From positions 42,867-106,866 of the forward strand of contig JAHEQA010000004.1 of NCBI GenBank assembly GCA_019561615.1: a stretch of 64,000 bases of DNA, in the 5' to 3' direction. Below are positions 54,352-64,000 of this stretch, piece after piece. Made by a program: the position numbers and the translations under genes. The notes under the pieces are model-generated. The model was not told where the DNA came from, did no database searches, and was given only the letters and a program-made list of their open reading frames with translations. The DNA comes from Methanothermococcus sp. SCGC AD-155-E23. GTDB lineage: Archaea; AGJL01; Methanococci; Methanococcales; Methanococcaceae. How positions within the stretch are numbered: the first letter of the stretch is position 1; the number at the start of each line of letters is the position of its first letter.

Positions 54352-55026
54352 TTAAAGGGAGAGGATATAGATAGCTATTATTCCCACGATAATCCCGGTG
54401 AATATACCTAGGAGTATATAGAGTATGTAGTTCTCCTTACCTGTAGTTACCTCCTCCTGTGACTCGTTGTAGAGGGAGATGTTCTCCCTCTCCTCTGTAA
54501 GATTCTTCTCCCAGGTAATAACCTCTTCCTCCTCTTCACTGACATTGATACTTACTACAGGGGTTTTATTCTCAGGGACTGTTTTATTGACAACCTCTTT
54601 ACTTTCACTGTACTCCACTGTAACATTCCTCTTAGTCTCCTCACTTAGGTTATAGGCTCTATACACCCTCACTAGGTGGATCCCACTTATGGGTGAGTTA
54701 CCTAGGATATACCTCTTGTATAAAACAATGAGGTAGGACTCCTTGTAGGTTACTATATAACCTGTGATATTTAAGGTCAATGACTCATTTCTCTCAATAT
54801 AGGGGATATAGATAGTAGTGTTTTTAAAAACTATATCTGAGCTGTTTAAGTGTAGGGTAAAATTGTAGGTATCGTAGTATGAATTTCTATACTTATACTG
54901 GAGCACTACCTTGGAGGTGTTATTGTATATATACTTGGGGTAGACACTTATAGACTCGTACCCGTAAGATGCAAGAAAAGATAGTAGCAGTAGTAGAGAA
55001 ATGGAAAATATCAGTTTATTTCTCAT
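54352..55026 (-). CDS. membrane-anchored secreted hypothetical protein, rich in N-glycosylation sequons
   Basis: Signal peptide, C-terminal TM helix, about 15 N-x-S/T sites. Confidence 0.75.
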   Translation of the reverse strand: MRNKLIFSISLLLLLSFLASYGYESISVYPKYIYNNTSKVVLQYKYRNSYYDTYNFTLHLNSSDIVFKNTTIYIPYIERNESLTLNITGYIVTYKESYLIVLYKRYILGNSPISGIHLVRVYRAYNLSEETKRNVTVEYSESKEVVNKTVPENKTPVVSINVSEEEEEVITWEKNLTEERENISLYNESQEEVTTGKENYILYILLGIFTGIIVGIIAIYILSL

Positions 55027-55128
55027 AATATCCCTTTATAGAGATTTTAATCCCTTTAAATTTATTATTACTAGGATACTTTAAATAATTTTTTATAGGG
55101 AGAATTTAAGGAGTTTTAAGGTAAAAAT

Positions 55129-55821
55129 ATGAGGTGGAAGGGACATACTGTACTGGGATTGATAATGGGACTGCCCTTTGTATCCTCTCCAGATCAGATC
55201 TTCCTCCTTGTTGCCGGTGCCCTCTACCCAGATCTTGACCATGAGGTGAAGTGGGAGATTGTAAATAGGGGGATACTTATCTCAGGGAGCTTAGTACTTA
55301 TCAATATACTTCTCTATCTTCTTCACCCCTCCTACTTCGACTTCACCTTCCTTCTAATATCCACAGCGGCACTAATCCTATATATAATCCCTTACTTTGC
55401 CAGTCACAGGGGCATAACCCATACCTTTCTATGTATGTTTGTAGTCTCTACTATCCTGGGATTTTTGGCCTATAAACTTGCAGTATTCTCCCCTGTAATC
55501 GCAGGGATAGTAGTGCTGGCAATGGTAAGTAGCGAGTACATACTAGGTAAGGTTGTTCCAATATGTGCCCTGCTATGGATTGTACTCTACCTCCTGTTCT
55601 CAAGGGGTATAACTCCCCTAATAGATCTCCCAGGTATCTACCACTATATGTTACCTGTGGGCATTGGTTATCTCTCCCATATAGTTGGAGACTCTTTGAC
55701 ACCTGCAGGGTGCAATGCCCTATACCCCCTAGACTATAAACTCCGTAGAAGAGAGGGTATAGTACTTATTGGAATGTGGATCTTCCTTCTTCTACTTGCC
55801 TACAGAATAAATATCACGTGA
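55129..55821 (+). CDS. membrane-bound metal-dependent hydrolase (YdjM/DUF457)
   Basis: GH, PDLDH, HRGITH, SHIVGDSLT motifs. Confidence 0.85.
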   Translation: MRWKGHTVLGLIMGLPFVSSPDQIFLLVAGALYPDLDHEVKWEIVNRGILISGSLVLINILLYLLHPSYFDFTFLLISTAALILYIIPYFASHRGITHTFLCMFVVSTILGFLAYKLAVFSPVIAGIVVLAMVSSEYILGKVVPICALLWIVLYLLFSRGITPLIDLPGIYHYMLPVGIGYLSHIVGDSLTPAGCNALYPLDYKLRRREGIVLIGMWIFLLLLAYRINIT

Positions 55822-55825
55822 TACT

Positions 55826-57013
55826 ATGGCCACCTTGGGACTAGTGGGAAAACCAAACGTGGGAAAATCTACACTATTCAATGCAATGACTGAGAAGAAC
55901 GTAGATATTGCCAATTATCCCTTTACCACCATAAACCCAAATGTTGGTATATCCTACGTTACCAAGCCCTGCCCATGTAGGGAGTTAAATCTTAAATGCA
56001 ACCCCCAGAACTCCAAGTGTATAGATGGTATAAGGCATATCCCAGTTGAGGTGATAGATGTTGCAGGACTTGTACCAGAGGCCCATAAGGGAAGGGGGAT
56101 GGGAAACAAATTCCTAGACGATTTAAGGCAGGCTGATGTTCTTGTACTGGTGGTAGATGCCAGTGGTAAAACTGACCTTGAGGGAAATCCAACTGAGAAC
56201 CATGACCCGGTGGAGGATGTAAGGTTTCTACTGAAGGAGTTGGATATGTGGATATATGGGATCCTATCTAAGAACTGGGATAAGCTGGCAAGAAGGGGGC
56301 AGCAGCAGAAGAATATTGTGAAGGTTATCGCTGAACAACTTAGTGGTCTTAACATCTCAGAGGATCAGATAAAGAGTGCAATAAACATGCTCAATTTAGA
56401 TGAAAATCCTCTAAGGTGGAGTGAGGAGGATCTCTTGAGGTTGGCTGGGACCTTGAGGAAACTCTCCAAACCTATGATAATAGCTGCAAATAAGGCAGAC
56501 CATCCTGATGCCATGGAGAATATCAAGAGACTAAAGAGGGAGTTCAAGGACTATATAGTGATACCTACCTCGGCGGAGATAGAGTTGGCACTGAGGAGGG
56601 CGGAGAGAGCAGGGCTGATAAAGTATGACAGAGAGAAAAATGACTTTGAGATAGTTAGCAACTCACTAAGTGAGGCCCAGAGGAGGGCCTTGGAGTATAT
56701 CAGGGATTATCTAAAGAGGTTTGGAAGTACAGGGGTACAGGAGATTCTCAACAGGGCCTACTTCGACCTCCTAGATATGATAGTTGTCTACCCTGTAGAG
56801 GATGAGAACAGATACTCAGATAAGAAGGGTAACGTACTACCTGATAGCTACCTTGTAAAGAGGGGAACTACCGCCAGAGATCTAGCCTATATGATACATA
56901 CGGAAATAGGGGATAAGTTTATCTACGCCATAGACGCCAGGAGGAAGAGGAGGGTTGGAGCAGACTATCAGTTGGAGGACGGGGACATTATAAAGATAGT
57001 GTCTGCCTTGTAA
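55826..57013 (+). CDS. ychF: YchF/Obg-family translation-associated NTPase
   Basis: GKPNVGKST, YPFTTI, DVAGL, NKAD, C-terminal TGS domain. Confidence 0.92.
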   Translation: MATLGLVGKPNVGKSTLFNAMTEKNVDIANYPFTTINPNVGISYVTKPCPCRELNLKCNPQNSKCIDGIRHIPVEVIDVAGLVPEAHKGRGMGNKFLDDLRQADVLVLVVDASGKTDLEGNPTENHDPVEDVRFLLKELDMWIYGILSKNWDKLARRGQQQKNIVKVIAEQLSGLNISEDQIKSAINMLNLDENPLRWSEEDLLRLAGTLRKLSKPMIIAANKADHPDAMENIKRLKREFKDYIVIPTSAEIELALRRAERAGLIKYDREKNDFEIVSNSLSEAQRRALEYIRDYLKRFGSTGVQEILNRAYFDLLDMIVVYPVEDENRYSDKKGNVLPDSYLVKRGTTARDLAYMIHTEIGDKFIYAIDARRKRRVGADYQLEDGDIIKIVSAL

Positions 57014-57038
57014 AAATACTCTTTTTTCAGGTGGAAGG

Positions 57039-58067
57039 ATGGACATCCTAACAGTGACCTACATTGTTAATTTTATCCTCCTCTTGATAGCCTCCTACAC
57101 AGATATTAAAACTAGGGAGATACCTCATATTGTAGTTATCCTCATGTTGTTGATAAATCTCCCAGTTGGCTACTACCTCTTTGGATTAGATGCCATAATA
57201 TCCTTCTTTGCCACCTTAATACTCTGTCTCATCCTAGGTATAGGGATGGGAGGAGGGGATATAAAGGTATTCTCCGCCTTGGCACCTATCTTCTCCTACG
57301 GAGGTAAGATACTCTACGTACCAATCCCCATACTTCTCCTCATAGGTATAAGTGCAGGGATAGCTGCCCTCTACCCCCTGTTAAACATCCTAAAAAAGTA
57401 CTGGAGAAGTATACTACCCTCTGTACTAGGGTTATGTGTCTTTTACGGCACCCTAAGCTATCTCTTCTATAGATATCATATACCCTACGCCTCCCTTATC
57501 CTCTGGCTCTATGTTATCCTCTCTATATTCATCTCCAGAAAGGTGCCCTGGTACAGGGAGATGATAAGTAAACTAAGTTATCTAGTTCCCCTCTATCTCC
57601 TTGGCATCTATCTGATAGATAGGGAGTACTTTATAAGGAACAACCTCTTGATCTCCTTTATTGTGTATGTACTGGAGCTTACACTTATCTCCCTGCTAAT
57701 ATACGCCTTAACTGGTGCAGAGGTATTTGTAAAAAAGCCTATATCCCAGTTGAAGGAGGGGGATATACTGAGGGATATCATCTATATAAAGGATGGGACT
57801 GCCAAGGTGGAGAATGCAGGATTATGGAAGAGATTCAAAGTAATGGTTGAGATGGAGATGGGGAAAAAGGGTGACTACGACAGGATCATCTTAACAGATG
57901 GAGATGGGTTAAAGGAGGAGGATGTAAAACTTCTCCAGAGGTTACATAAGGAGGGGAAGATACCTGTAGAGGAGGTAACTCTAATTACCACCTACCCCTT
58001 TGTACCCTTTGTACTTGTAGGATATGTGATAGTGTTGATACTTCACTACTACCTGGGGATAGTGTAA
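57039..58067 (+). CDS. eppA: A24-family prepilin peptidase, long EppA-like form
   Basis: ASYTDIK..EI, GGGDIK aspartates, extra TM helices, PFVPF C-terminus. Confidence 0.7.
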   Translation: MDILTVTYIVNFILLLIASYTDIKTREIPHIVVILMLLINLPVGYYLFGLDAIISFFATLILCLILGIGMGGGDIKVFSALAPIFSYGGKILYVPIPILLLIGISAGIAALYPLLNILKKYWRSILPSVLGLCVFYGTLSYLFYRYHIPYASLILWLYVILSIFISRKVPWYREMISKLSYLVPLYLLGIYLIDREYFIRNNLLISFIVYVLELTLISLLIYALTGAEVFVKKPISQLKEGDILRDIIYIKDGTAKVENAGLWKRFKVMVEMEMGKKGDYDRIILTDGDGLKEEDVKLLQRLHKEGKIPVEEVTLITTYPFVPFVLVGYVIVLILHYYLGIV

Positions 58068-58083
58068 CCGAAAAATATATATA
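58068..58083 (+). promoter_or_regulatory. BRE-TATA promoter of tRNA-Ala
   Basis: CCGAAAAATATATATA upstream of the tRNA. Confidence 0.7.
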
Positions 58084-58114
58084 GGAGTAGTTATTTAGAA
58101 TACTTCCGCACCTT

Positions 58115-58191
58115 GGGCTGGTAGATCAGTCTGGGAGATCGCCGCATTGGCTGTGCGGAGGCCGCGGGTTCAAATCCCGCCCAGTCCACCA
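58115..58191 (+). tRNA. tRNA-Ala(GGC)
   Basis: GGGCTGG/CCAGTCC acceptor with G3:U70, anticodon GGC at 58149-58151, encoded CCA, T7 run after. Confidence 0.95.
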
Positions 58192-58233
58192 TTTTTTTAT
58201 AATAATCTATATCAATATATCTAAATATAATAA

Positions 58234-59274
58234 TTAAAAGTATTTCCTTATATCCAACCCCCTCCTCTCACATATCTCCTTCAACTTATGGTATAGCACC
58301 TGGTCAATTGGAATACCCTCTCTTTTATACCTCTCCATATTCATCCTCTCTATCTCTCCAGGGATAAGTATCTTAGAACCCTTGGCAGGTTTGGAGTTTT
58401 TTATCTCCTCTATAAGGGCATCAACCTTCTTCATAAACTCATCCTTATCTCCAAAGAACCCTGGATCTATGGCTATAAAGAGATCTCCCTTGGTACATCT
58501 CTCAGTTGGGGTTGCAGTCCCCCTGACCTTACTACCCATCTCAGCCCCTCCTATCGCTGCAAGTATCTCAATTGCAAGGGCTAGTGCATATCCCTTAGGA
58601 CCTCCAAAGGGTAGTATACAACCCTCCAGGGCCTTCTTAGGATCTGTAGTTGGATTACCATCCTTATCTATGGCACAGTTCTCAGGGATTCTCTTCCCAG
58701 TTCTTGCAGCCTCCATTATCTTCCCCCTCGCAATGGAGGAGGTGGCCATATCCAGGGAGTATATATGTTTCTTCCCCTTGATGGCTATTGCTATGGGATT
58801 TGTCCCAAGTATCTTCTCCATACCTCCAAAGGGTGCCATTGCAGGTTCTGTATTGGTAATCACTATACCAATAAGATCCTCCTTAAGGGCCATCTCTGCA
58901 TAGTGTCCTGCTATACCGAAGTGGTTGGAATTTACCGTTGCCACTGCACCTATACCTACCTTCTTTGCCTTCTCCATGGCCAACTTCATGGCCCTCTCAC
59001 CTACCACATAACCTAACCCCATGTCACCGTCTATGGTAGCCACTGCAGGACTCTCCCTTATCACCTTGATATCTGGGTTGACGTTGATATTCCCCACCTC
59101 TATACCTGTAACTGTCTGGGGAAACCTACCTATACCATGGGAGTGGAACCCCTTAAGGTCAGCCTCTACGTATATATTTGCAGTGATCTCTGCATCCTCC
59201 TCACTTACACCATAGCTCTTCAAAACATCCATAATAAGTTCCTTCTCCTTCTCAGGTGAGATCCTTAAAGTCAT
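58234..59274 (-). CDS. comC: L-sulfolactate dehydrogenase (Ldh_2 family; coenzyme M synthesis)
   Basis: ADLKGFHSHG, NHFG, GTNPIA, DMATS, GGPKGY, IPGE. Confidence 0.85.
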   Translation of the reverse strand: MTLRISPEKEKELIMDVLKSYGVSEEDAEITANIYVEADLKGFHSHGIGRFPQTVTGIEVGNINVNPDIKVIRESPAVATIDGDMGLGYVVGERAMKLAMEKAKKVGIGAVATVNSNHFGIAGHYAEMALKEDLIGIVITNTEPAMAPFGGMEKILGTNPIAIAIKGKKHIYSLDMATSSIARGKIMEAARTGKRIPENCAIDKDGNPTTDPKKALEGCILPFGGPKGYALALAIEILAAIGGAEMGSKVRGTATPTERCTKGDLFIAIDPGFFGDKDEFMKKVDALIEEIKNSKPAKGSKILIPGEIERMNMERYKREGIPIDQVLYHKLKEICERRGLDIRKYF

Positions 59275-59283
59275 CCTATCACC

Positions 59284-59805
59284 TCAAGGTCTTATATAGG
59301 CCATGTTGTAGTAGACTATATCTCCGTCGTTATCTACGATGGCAATTATCAACTTCTTTCTTACAGAGTGGGCAACCCTTACAAACCCTGTAAGTTCAGA
59401 GATAAGGCAGGGTTTATCCTCGGAGAACACCTTAACAAGGTACTCGGAGTGTACCTCGTCGATGTTCTCCCTACTGTATAGTCTAAAATCAGCTCCATAC
59501 TTAAGTCCAGTTTTTACAGTATAACCCCTGTTTTTAAGATCCCTGTACACCAAATACTTTATACAGATCCTCTCGTCTATCTCCCTGGCGTAGTTGAAAA
59601 GCTCCTCAAAGGAGAGAAACTTATCTTTATGTTTAACCTTTAACCAGTTTTTTGACAGTAGATAGAGACCCTCTATAAGGGAGAGGGATAGGAAGTTCTC
59701 GTTTAACTCTCCGTATCTCTTGGCACTTAACCTGGACATCCCATCCTTATCAAATACCACTATCCTATCTCCAGAGAGTATACCTACAACAGGCTTCTTT
59801 GCCAT
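59284..59805 (-). CDS. endA: tRNA-intron splicing endonuclease (alpha4 type)
   Basis: LSLIEGLYL, VYRDLK.RGY, GLKYGADFRLY, HSEY, AHSVRKK. Confidence 0.95.
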   Translation of the reverse strand: MAKKPVVGILSGDRIVVFDKDGMSRLSAKRYGELNENFLSLSLIEGLYLLSKNWLKVKHKDKFLSFEELFNYAREIDERICIKYLVYRDLKNRGYTVKTGLKYGADFRLYSRENIDEVHSEYLVKVFSEDKPCLISELTGFVRVAHSVRKKLIIAIVDNDGDIVYYNMAYIRP

Positions 59806-59812
59806 GTTATCC

Positions 59813-60418
59813 CTACTTTACACCCATCACCTTCCTTAAGACAGTGGATGTGGCCAGGGAACAGAGTATATACCATCCAAGCCATCCAAGGGCGTTGTCG
59901 GAAACTATACCAAATCCACTTTCATAGAAGAGGCTCCCAAGCCAGTGGAAGAAGGGCACCAGTAACAACTTAGAGAGGATGGGGGGGAGATAGACTACAA
60001 CCCCATTCCAGCTGGGATCTAAGGTATGTAACACCCCGTTGTAATCGTAGACATGCTTTAAATAGGCAAAAATAGCTATAATAGGTATCCAGGTGTATAT
60101 CATAGGTTTGAAACTCATCTTCATCATTTCCATCTGGATATTCATTATCTCCTCCTGCTCCTTCTCAATCTCCTTCATAAGTTCAGGATTCTTCGAGGCC
60201 TTCCTTATCTTTACCTGAAACTCCTTGATCCTCTCTTTAATCTCCTCCATCCTCTCCTGATCCACTAGCAACTTGGTAGCCAGTGTAATGATAAAAGACA
60301 CTATAAAGGATATGATAAGGATAGCTAGGGCAGGATGGGTGTTTACTATAATAGGCATAAAGATCATATCCATAGTGCTGTAAAAGGCATCCACAATAAA
60401 ATCCAATACCTCAAACAT
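59813..60418 (-). CDS. DUF106 / EMC3-TMCO1 (Oxa1 superfamily) membrane insertase
   Basis: TM-coiled coil-TM layout, [14 protein letters not shown]; next to adkA as is usual. Confidence 0.88.
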   Translation of the reverse strand: MFEVLDFIVDAFYSTMDMIFMPIIVNTHPALAILIISFIVSFIITLATKLLVDQERMEEIKERIKEFQVKIRKASKNPELMKEIEKEQEEIMNIQMEMMKMSFKPMIYTWIPIIAIFAYLKHVYDYNGVLHTLDPSWNGVVVYLPPILSKLLLVPFFHWLGSLFYESGFGIVSDNALGWLGWYILCSLATSTVLRKVMGVK

Positions 60419-60447
60419 CCTTTACCTCCTAAAAAAAATTAAGGGTG

Positions 60448-61041
<594 letters not shown>

Positions 61042-61105
61042 CTAAAGGTGTTTTCATATTCTTATTATGATCCTCCTTATAAATATAAAAGATCTGAGGG
61101 ACATT

Positions 61106-61576
61106 ATGATCCTAGGACCTAAGATATCCAGGAGGTTTGTAGAGATAGGGGATGATACCCAGGTACAACAGTGTGGTATCGATCTGAGAGTTGGAAGTAT
61201 ATACGAGATAGAGGGTGAGGGAGTACTGGACTACAGTAATGAAAAGAGGAAACTTCCACATTACAGGAGGATATTCTCCTCGGAGGAGGATAGTAAGATC
61301 TCCCTGGATAGAGGGATATACCTGGTAAAAGTGGCTGACAGGGTAAAGGTACCTGAGGATGTTGCTGCCCTGGTCTATCCAAGGAGTAGCCTCCTGAGGA
61401 TGGGATGTACATTGTATACTGCAGTACATGACCCTGGATACGAGGGATACCCTGAGTACCTTCTACATGTGATGAATCCCATAACCCTTTACAGGTATGC
61501 CAGGATTGCCCAGATCCTCTTTATTAGATGTAGCGGTGTAACAGGTACCTATTCAGGTATCTATCAAAAGAGGTAA
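61106..61576 (+). CDS. dut: dUTP diphosphatase (trimeric dUTPase/dCTP deaminase family)
   Basis: QQCGIDLR, PRSSLLR, DPGYEG, RIAQ, YSGIYQ. Confidence 0.8.
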   Translation: MILGPKISRRFVEIGDDTQVQQCGIDLRVGSIYEIEGEGVLDYSNEKRKLPHYRRIFSSEEDSKISLDRGIYLVKVADRVKVPEDVAALVYPRSSLLRMGCTLYTAVHDPGYEGYPEYLLHVMNPITLYRYARIAQILFIRCSGVTGTYSGIYQKR

Positions 61577-61578
61577 AA

Positions 61579-62826
61579 TTAGAATATAAATTCCACATCT
61601 GAGAGTCTGTTTTTAACCTCCTCAAGTATCCTGTCCTCCTCCTCTTCAGATACCTTACCATCTTTAAAGGCTGGGAAACAGGCTGCCACCCTTATATAAC
61701 TCCCTGCGTCATCCCAAGGTACAGTGGAAATAAGTTTCTCCCTTATAAGATACTGGGAGAACTCCTCTGCATTTCTAAATACCTTACCGTCCTTGGTACC
61801 CTTAGGTGCCTTGAGGTAGAGGTAGAAGGTTCCACCAGGCATCTTGGCATCAAATCCTAACTCTCTAAATATCCTTACCATCTTCTTAAGTCGCCTCTCG
61901 TATTTCCTCCTGGTCCTCTCTGTGATCTCAGGGTGGTTTAGACAGTATATTCCAGCCTTCTGAATAGGTATAAACTGTCCACTGTCGAAGTTGTCCTTCA
62001 CAGTTGCAAAACCCTTTATAATCAACTCGTTTCCTACGAGGAAGGCCAACCTCCAACCTGTCATATTGAAGGCCTTTGAGAAGCTGTGTATCTCAACACC
62101 TACTTCTTTAGCACCCTTCACAGAGAGGAAGGAAAGGGGTTCACTACCGTAGGTTAGAGGGCCGTAGGCTGCATCCTGAACTACAACTATGTTGTTGTCC
62201 TGTGCAAAATCTACAACCTCCTTGTAGAACTCCACAGTTGCCTGGGCCCCTGTTGGATTGTTTGGATAGTTTAGATAGAGTAGCTTGGCCTTCCTCCTTA
62301 CATCATCTGGGATACTCTCTAGATCAGGTAGGAAGTTATTCTCCTCGAGAAGTGGAAGGTTGTACACCCTACCTCCGTACCATGTGGTGTGGGTGGCAGT
62401 TACTGGATAACCTGGTACCGTGGTAAGGGTGATATCCCCTGGATTTATAAACACAGAGGGCATATAGGCCAGGGCAGACTTTGAACCTATGGAGTGGATA
62501 ACCTCATTTACAGGATCGATACCCTTTACTCCATATACCCTCTTCATATACCCTGGAACTGCATCCTTTAACTCCTGTATCCCGTTGTCTGCATACCCCC
62601 TATTCTCATACTTCTGAGCCTCCCTGTAGAGTACCTCTATGGCTCCAGGGTCTGCCATCTCATCAGGTTCCCCTACACCCATATCTATTAACTCCATATC
62701 TGGGTGCATTCTCATAGCCTCTAACTTGGCCCTCTTTATCTTCTCAAATTTGTAGACCTCCCCTCCCTTACCAAAATTCTTCCCACCTATTCTCTCTGCA
62801 AAGAGGTTTTGAATGTAACTCTCCAT
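61579..62826 (-). CDS. dapL: LL-diaminopimelate aminotransferase
   Basis: FAERIGG, YKFEKIKRAK, NYPNNPTG, SFSKAFNMTGWR. Confidence 0.88.
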   Translation of the reverse strand: MESYIQNLFAERIGGKNFGKGGEVYKFEKIKRAKLEAMRMHPDMELIDMGVGEPDEMADPGAIEVLYREAQKYENRGYADNGIQELKDAVPGYMKRVYGVKGIDPVNEVIHSIGSKSALAYMPSVFINPGDITLTTVPGYPVTATHTTWYGGRVYNLPLLEENNFLPDLESIPDDVRRKAKLLYLNYPNNPTGAQATVEFYKEVVDFAQDNNIVVVQDAAYGPLTYGSEPLSFLSVKGAKEVGVEIHSFSKAFNMTGWRLAFLVGNELIIKGFATVKDNFDSGQFIPIQKAGIYCLNHPEITERTRRKYERRLKKMVRIFRELGFDAKMPGGTFYLYLKAPKGTKDGKVFRNAEEFSQYLIREKLISTVPWDDAGSYIRVAACFPAFKDGKVSEEEEDRILEEVKNRLSDVEFIF

Positions 62827-62888
62827 TAATATCACCTTTATAAGCTTCTAGTCACTAAATGTTTCACAATTTATATAAATTTATCCTA

Positions 62889-63722
62889 CTAGGAGTAACT
62901 CTCTTCCATTAACCTCTCTATCCTCTCCCATATCCTGTCTAACTCCTCCTCAGAGAGGGGGTTGGGAATTACCCTCTTACTGTTGTTGAATATCTTCTCA
63001 CCTAACTCTCTAAAGGTATTGGCCAGGGGATGTTGAGGGGCGTACTCAATAACGGTCTTCTTACGAACCTCACTTTTTACTATAACCTCACTCATGGGAA
63101 TGTAGCCCATAACCTCTGTACCTAACCTTGAGGCGAACTCAGAGACTATGGAGATGTTGTCCACCACACTTCTCCCGTTGTAGATGATACCACCTAGTGC
63201 AGTATTTCCCCTATGGGCGTACCTCTTTATCCCCTTACAGATGTTGTTTGCAGCGTAGAGGGCCATGGGATCACAGGTTGTAACTATATACACCTCATCT
63301 GCCAGGTGCCTCTGGAGGGGCATGGCAAAACCTCCACAGACCACATCCCCCAGTACATCGTAGATTACTATATCTAACTCCAGCCTCTCAAAAACCTCTA
63401 GCCTATCCAGTACCTCTATGGCCTTAATTATTCCCCTCCCTGCACACCCTATCCCTGGTTCAGGACCTCCACTTTCAACACAGTAGATACCCTGAAACCC
63501 TTTAAAAAGGATATCTTCCATCTTGATATTCTCCCCCTTTTCCCTGAGAAGATCTAGGAGGGTGGGTATCTTCTTTCCCACTATGTTCCTTGTGGAGTCC
63601 CCCTTTGGATCGCAACCTACAACCATAACCTTCTTACCTGACTCTGCCAGGGCAGCAGCTACATTGGATACAACGGTGGACTTTCCAACACCACCCTTTC
63701 CATAGACACATATCTTCTTCAT
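62889..63722 (-). CDS. cfbC: Ni-sirohydrochlorin a,c-diamide reductive cyclase ATP-dependent reductase (NifH-like)
   Basis: [34 protein letters not shown]; no nifDK adjacent; start at ATG 63722. Confidence 0.8.
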   Translation of the reverse strand: MKKICVYGKGGVGKSTVVSNVAAALAESGKKVMVVGCDPKGDSTRNIVGKKIPTLLDLLREKGENIKMEDILFKGFQGIYCVESGGPEPGIGCAGRGIIKAIEVLDRLEVFERLELDIVIYDVLGDVVCGGFAMPLQRHLADEVYIVTTCDPMALYAANNICKGIKRYAHRGNTALGGIIYNGRSVVDNISIVSEFASRLGTEVMGYIPMSEVIVKSEVRKKTVIEYAPQHPLANTFRELGEKIFNNSKRVIPNPLSEEELDRIWERIERLMEESYS

Positions 63723-63789
63723 AGTTACACCGTTTAGATTAATAATTTTAAATATTTGGATATATGGATTATTGTAGGTAAAAAAATAA

Positions 63790-63866
63790 TGGTGCCGTGG
63801 GGGTGATTTGAACACCCGACAACTGGATCTTCAGTCCAGCGTTCTCCCAGGCTGAACTACCACGGC
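63790..63866 (-). tRNA. tRNA-Phe(GAA)
   Basis: GCCGTGG...CTGGA CT GAA GA TCCAG...TTCAAAT...CCACGGC A CCA. Confidence 0.96.
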
Positions 63867-63906
63867 TTCCCACGGCTCACAGCATTTTTACTAGTATGCC
63901 CATTTC

Positions 63907-63940
63907 ATATATATATTTTTCGGCGAAAAGTTTATATATG
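63907..63940. promoter_or_regulatory. back-to-back BRE-TATA promoters for the divergent tRNA genes
   Basis: Minus strand CCGAAAAAATATATATATG (63907-63923 region); plus strand CGAAAAG TTTATATA (63924-63938). Confidence 0.7.
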
Positions 63941-63984
63941 AGAAAGTAAATTTTTATAGTGCAAACAACCTGTATGGTTAAAGA

Positions 63985-64000
63985 GCCCCCATAGCTCAGT
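63985..64000 (+). tRNA. 5' end of a tRNA truncated by the window (identity not readable, possibly Asn)
   Basis: GCCCCCA TA GCTCAG acceptor and D-arm start downstream of a TATA box. Confidence 0.7.

Noticed and set aside
58105-58112. TCCGCACC half-site of the 39.5-kb palindrome upstream of tRNA-Ala
   Set aside because: Only 8 nt and in the tRNA leader; compatible with chance
62889-63815. NifH as evidence of nitrogen fixation, and the long N-terminal extension in the ORF track
   Set aside because: No nifDK nearby and the sequence fits CfbC; the extension overlaps tRNA-Phe, so the real start is 63722

Overview
Gene-dense, housekeeping-type window from a thermophilic methanogenic archaeon. Methanococcales is inferred from MfnE, MptD, MptN, ComC, CfbC, split CarB, an EppA-like peptidase and the Methanococcales-style split of the S10 ribosomal operon. 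It holds about 60 CDSs (translation, cofactor biosynthesis, amino-acid and nucleotide metabolism), four complete tRNAs (Trp with a BHB intron, Ile, Ala, Phe) and the 5' end of a fifth. I saw no transposase, integrase, CRISPR array or intein. The most unusual feature is a ~365-bp GC- and CpG-rich non-coding island at 39421-39785. It consists of two tandem multi-branched hairpin units bounded by repeated TTCAYTATAAGAAA motifs and carries five copies of a GGTGCG...CGCACC palindrome. Other notable items are a long hairpin burying the Shine-Dalgarno sequence of rpl3, a 47-nt identical DNA tract shared by the two AAA domains of cdc48, a tRNA-Ala(GGC) with U37, and several uncharacterised repeat or surface proteins. 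All gene calls come from recognising protein motifs by eye; no database search was run.
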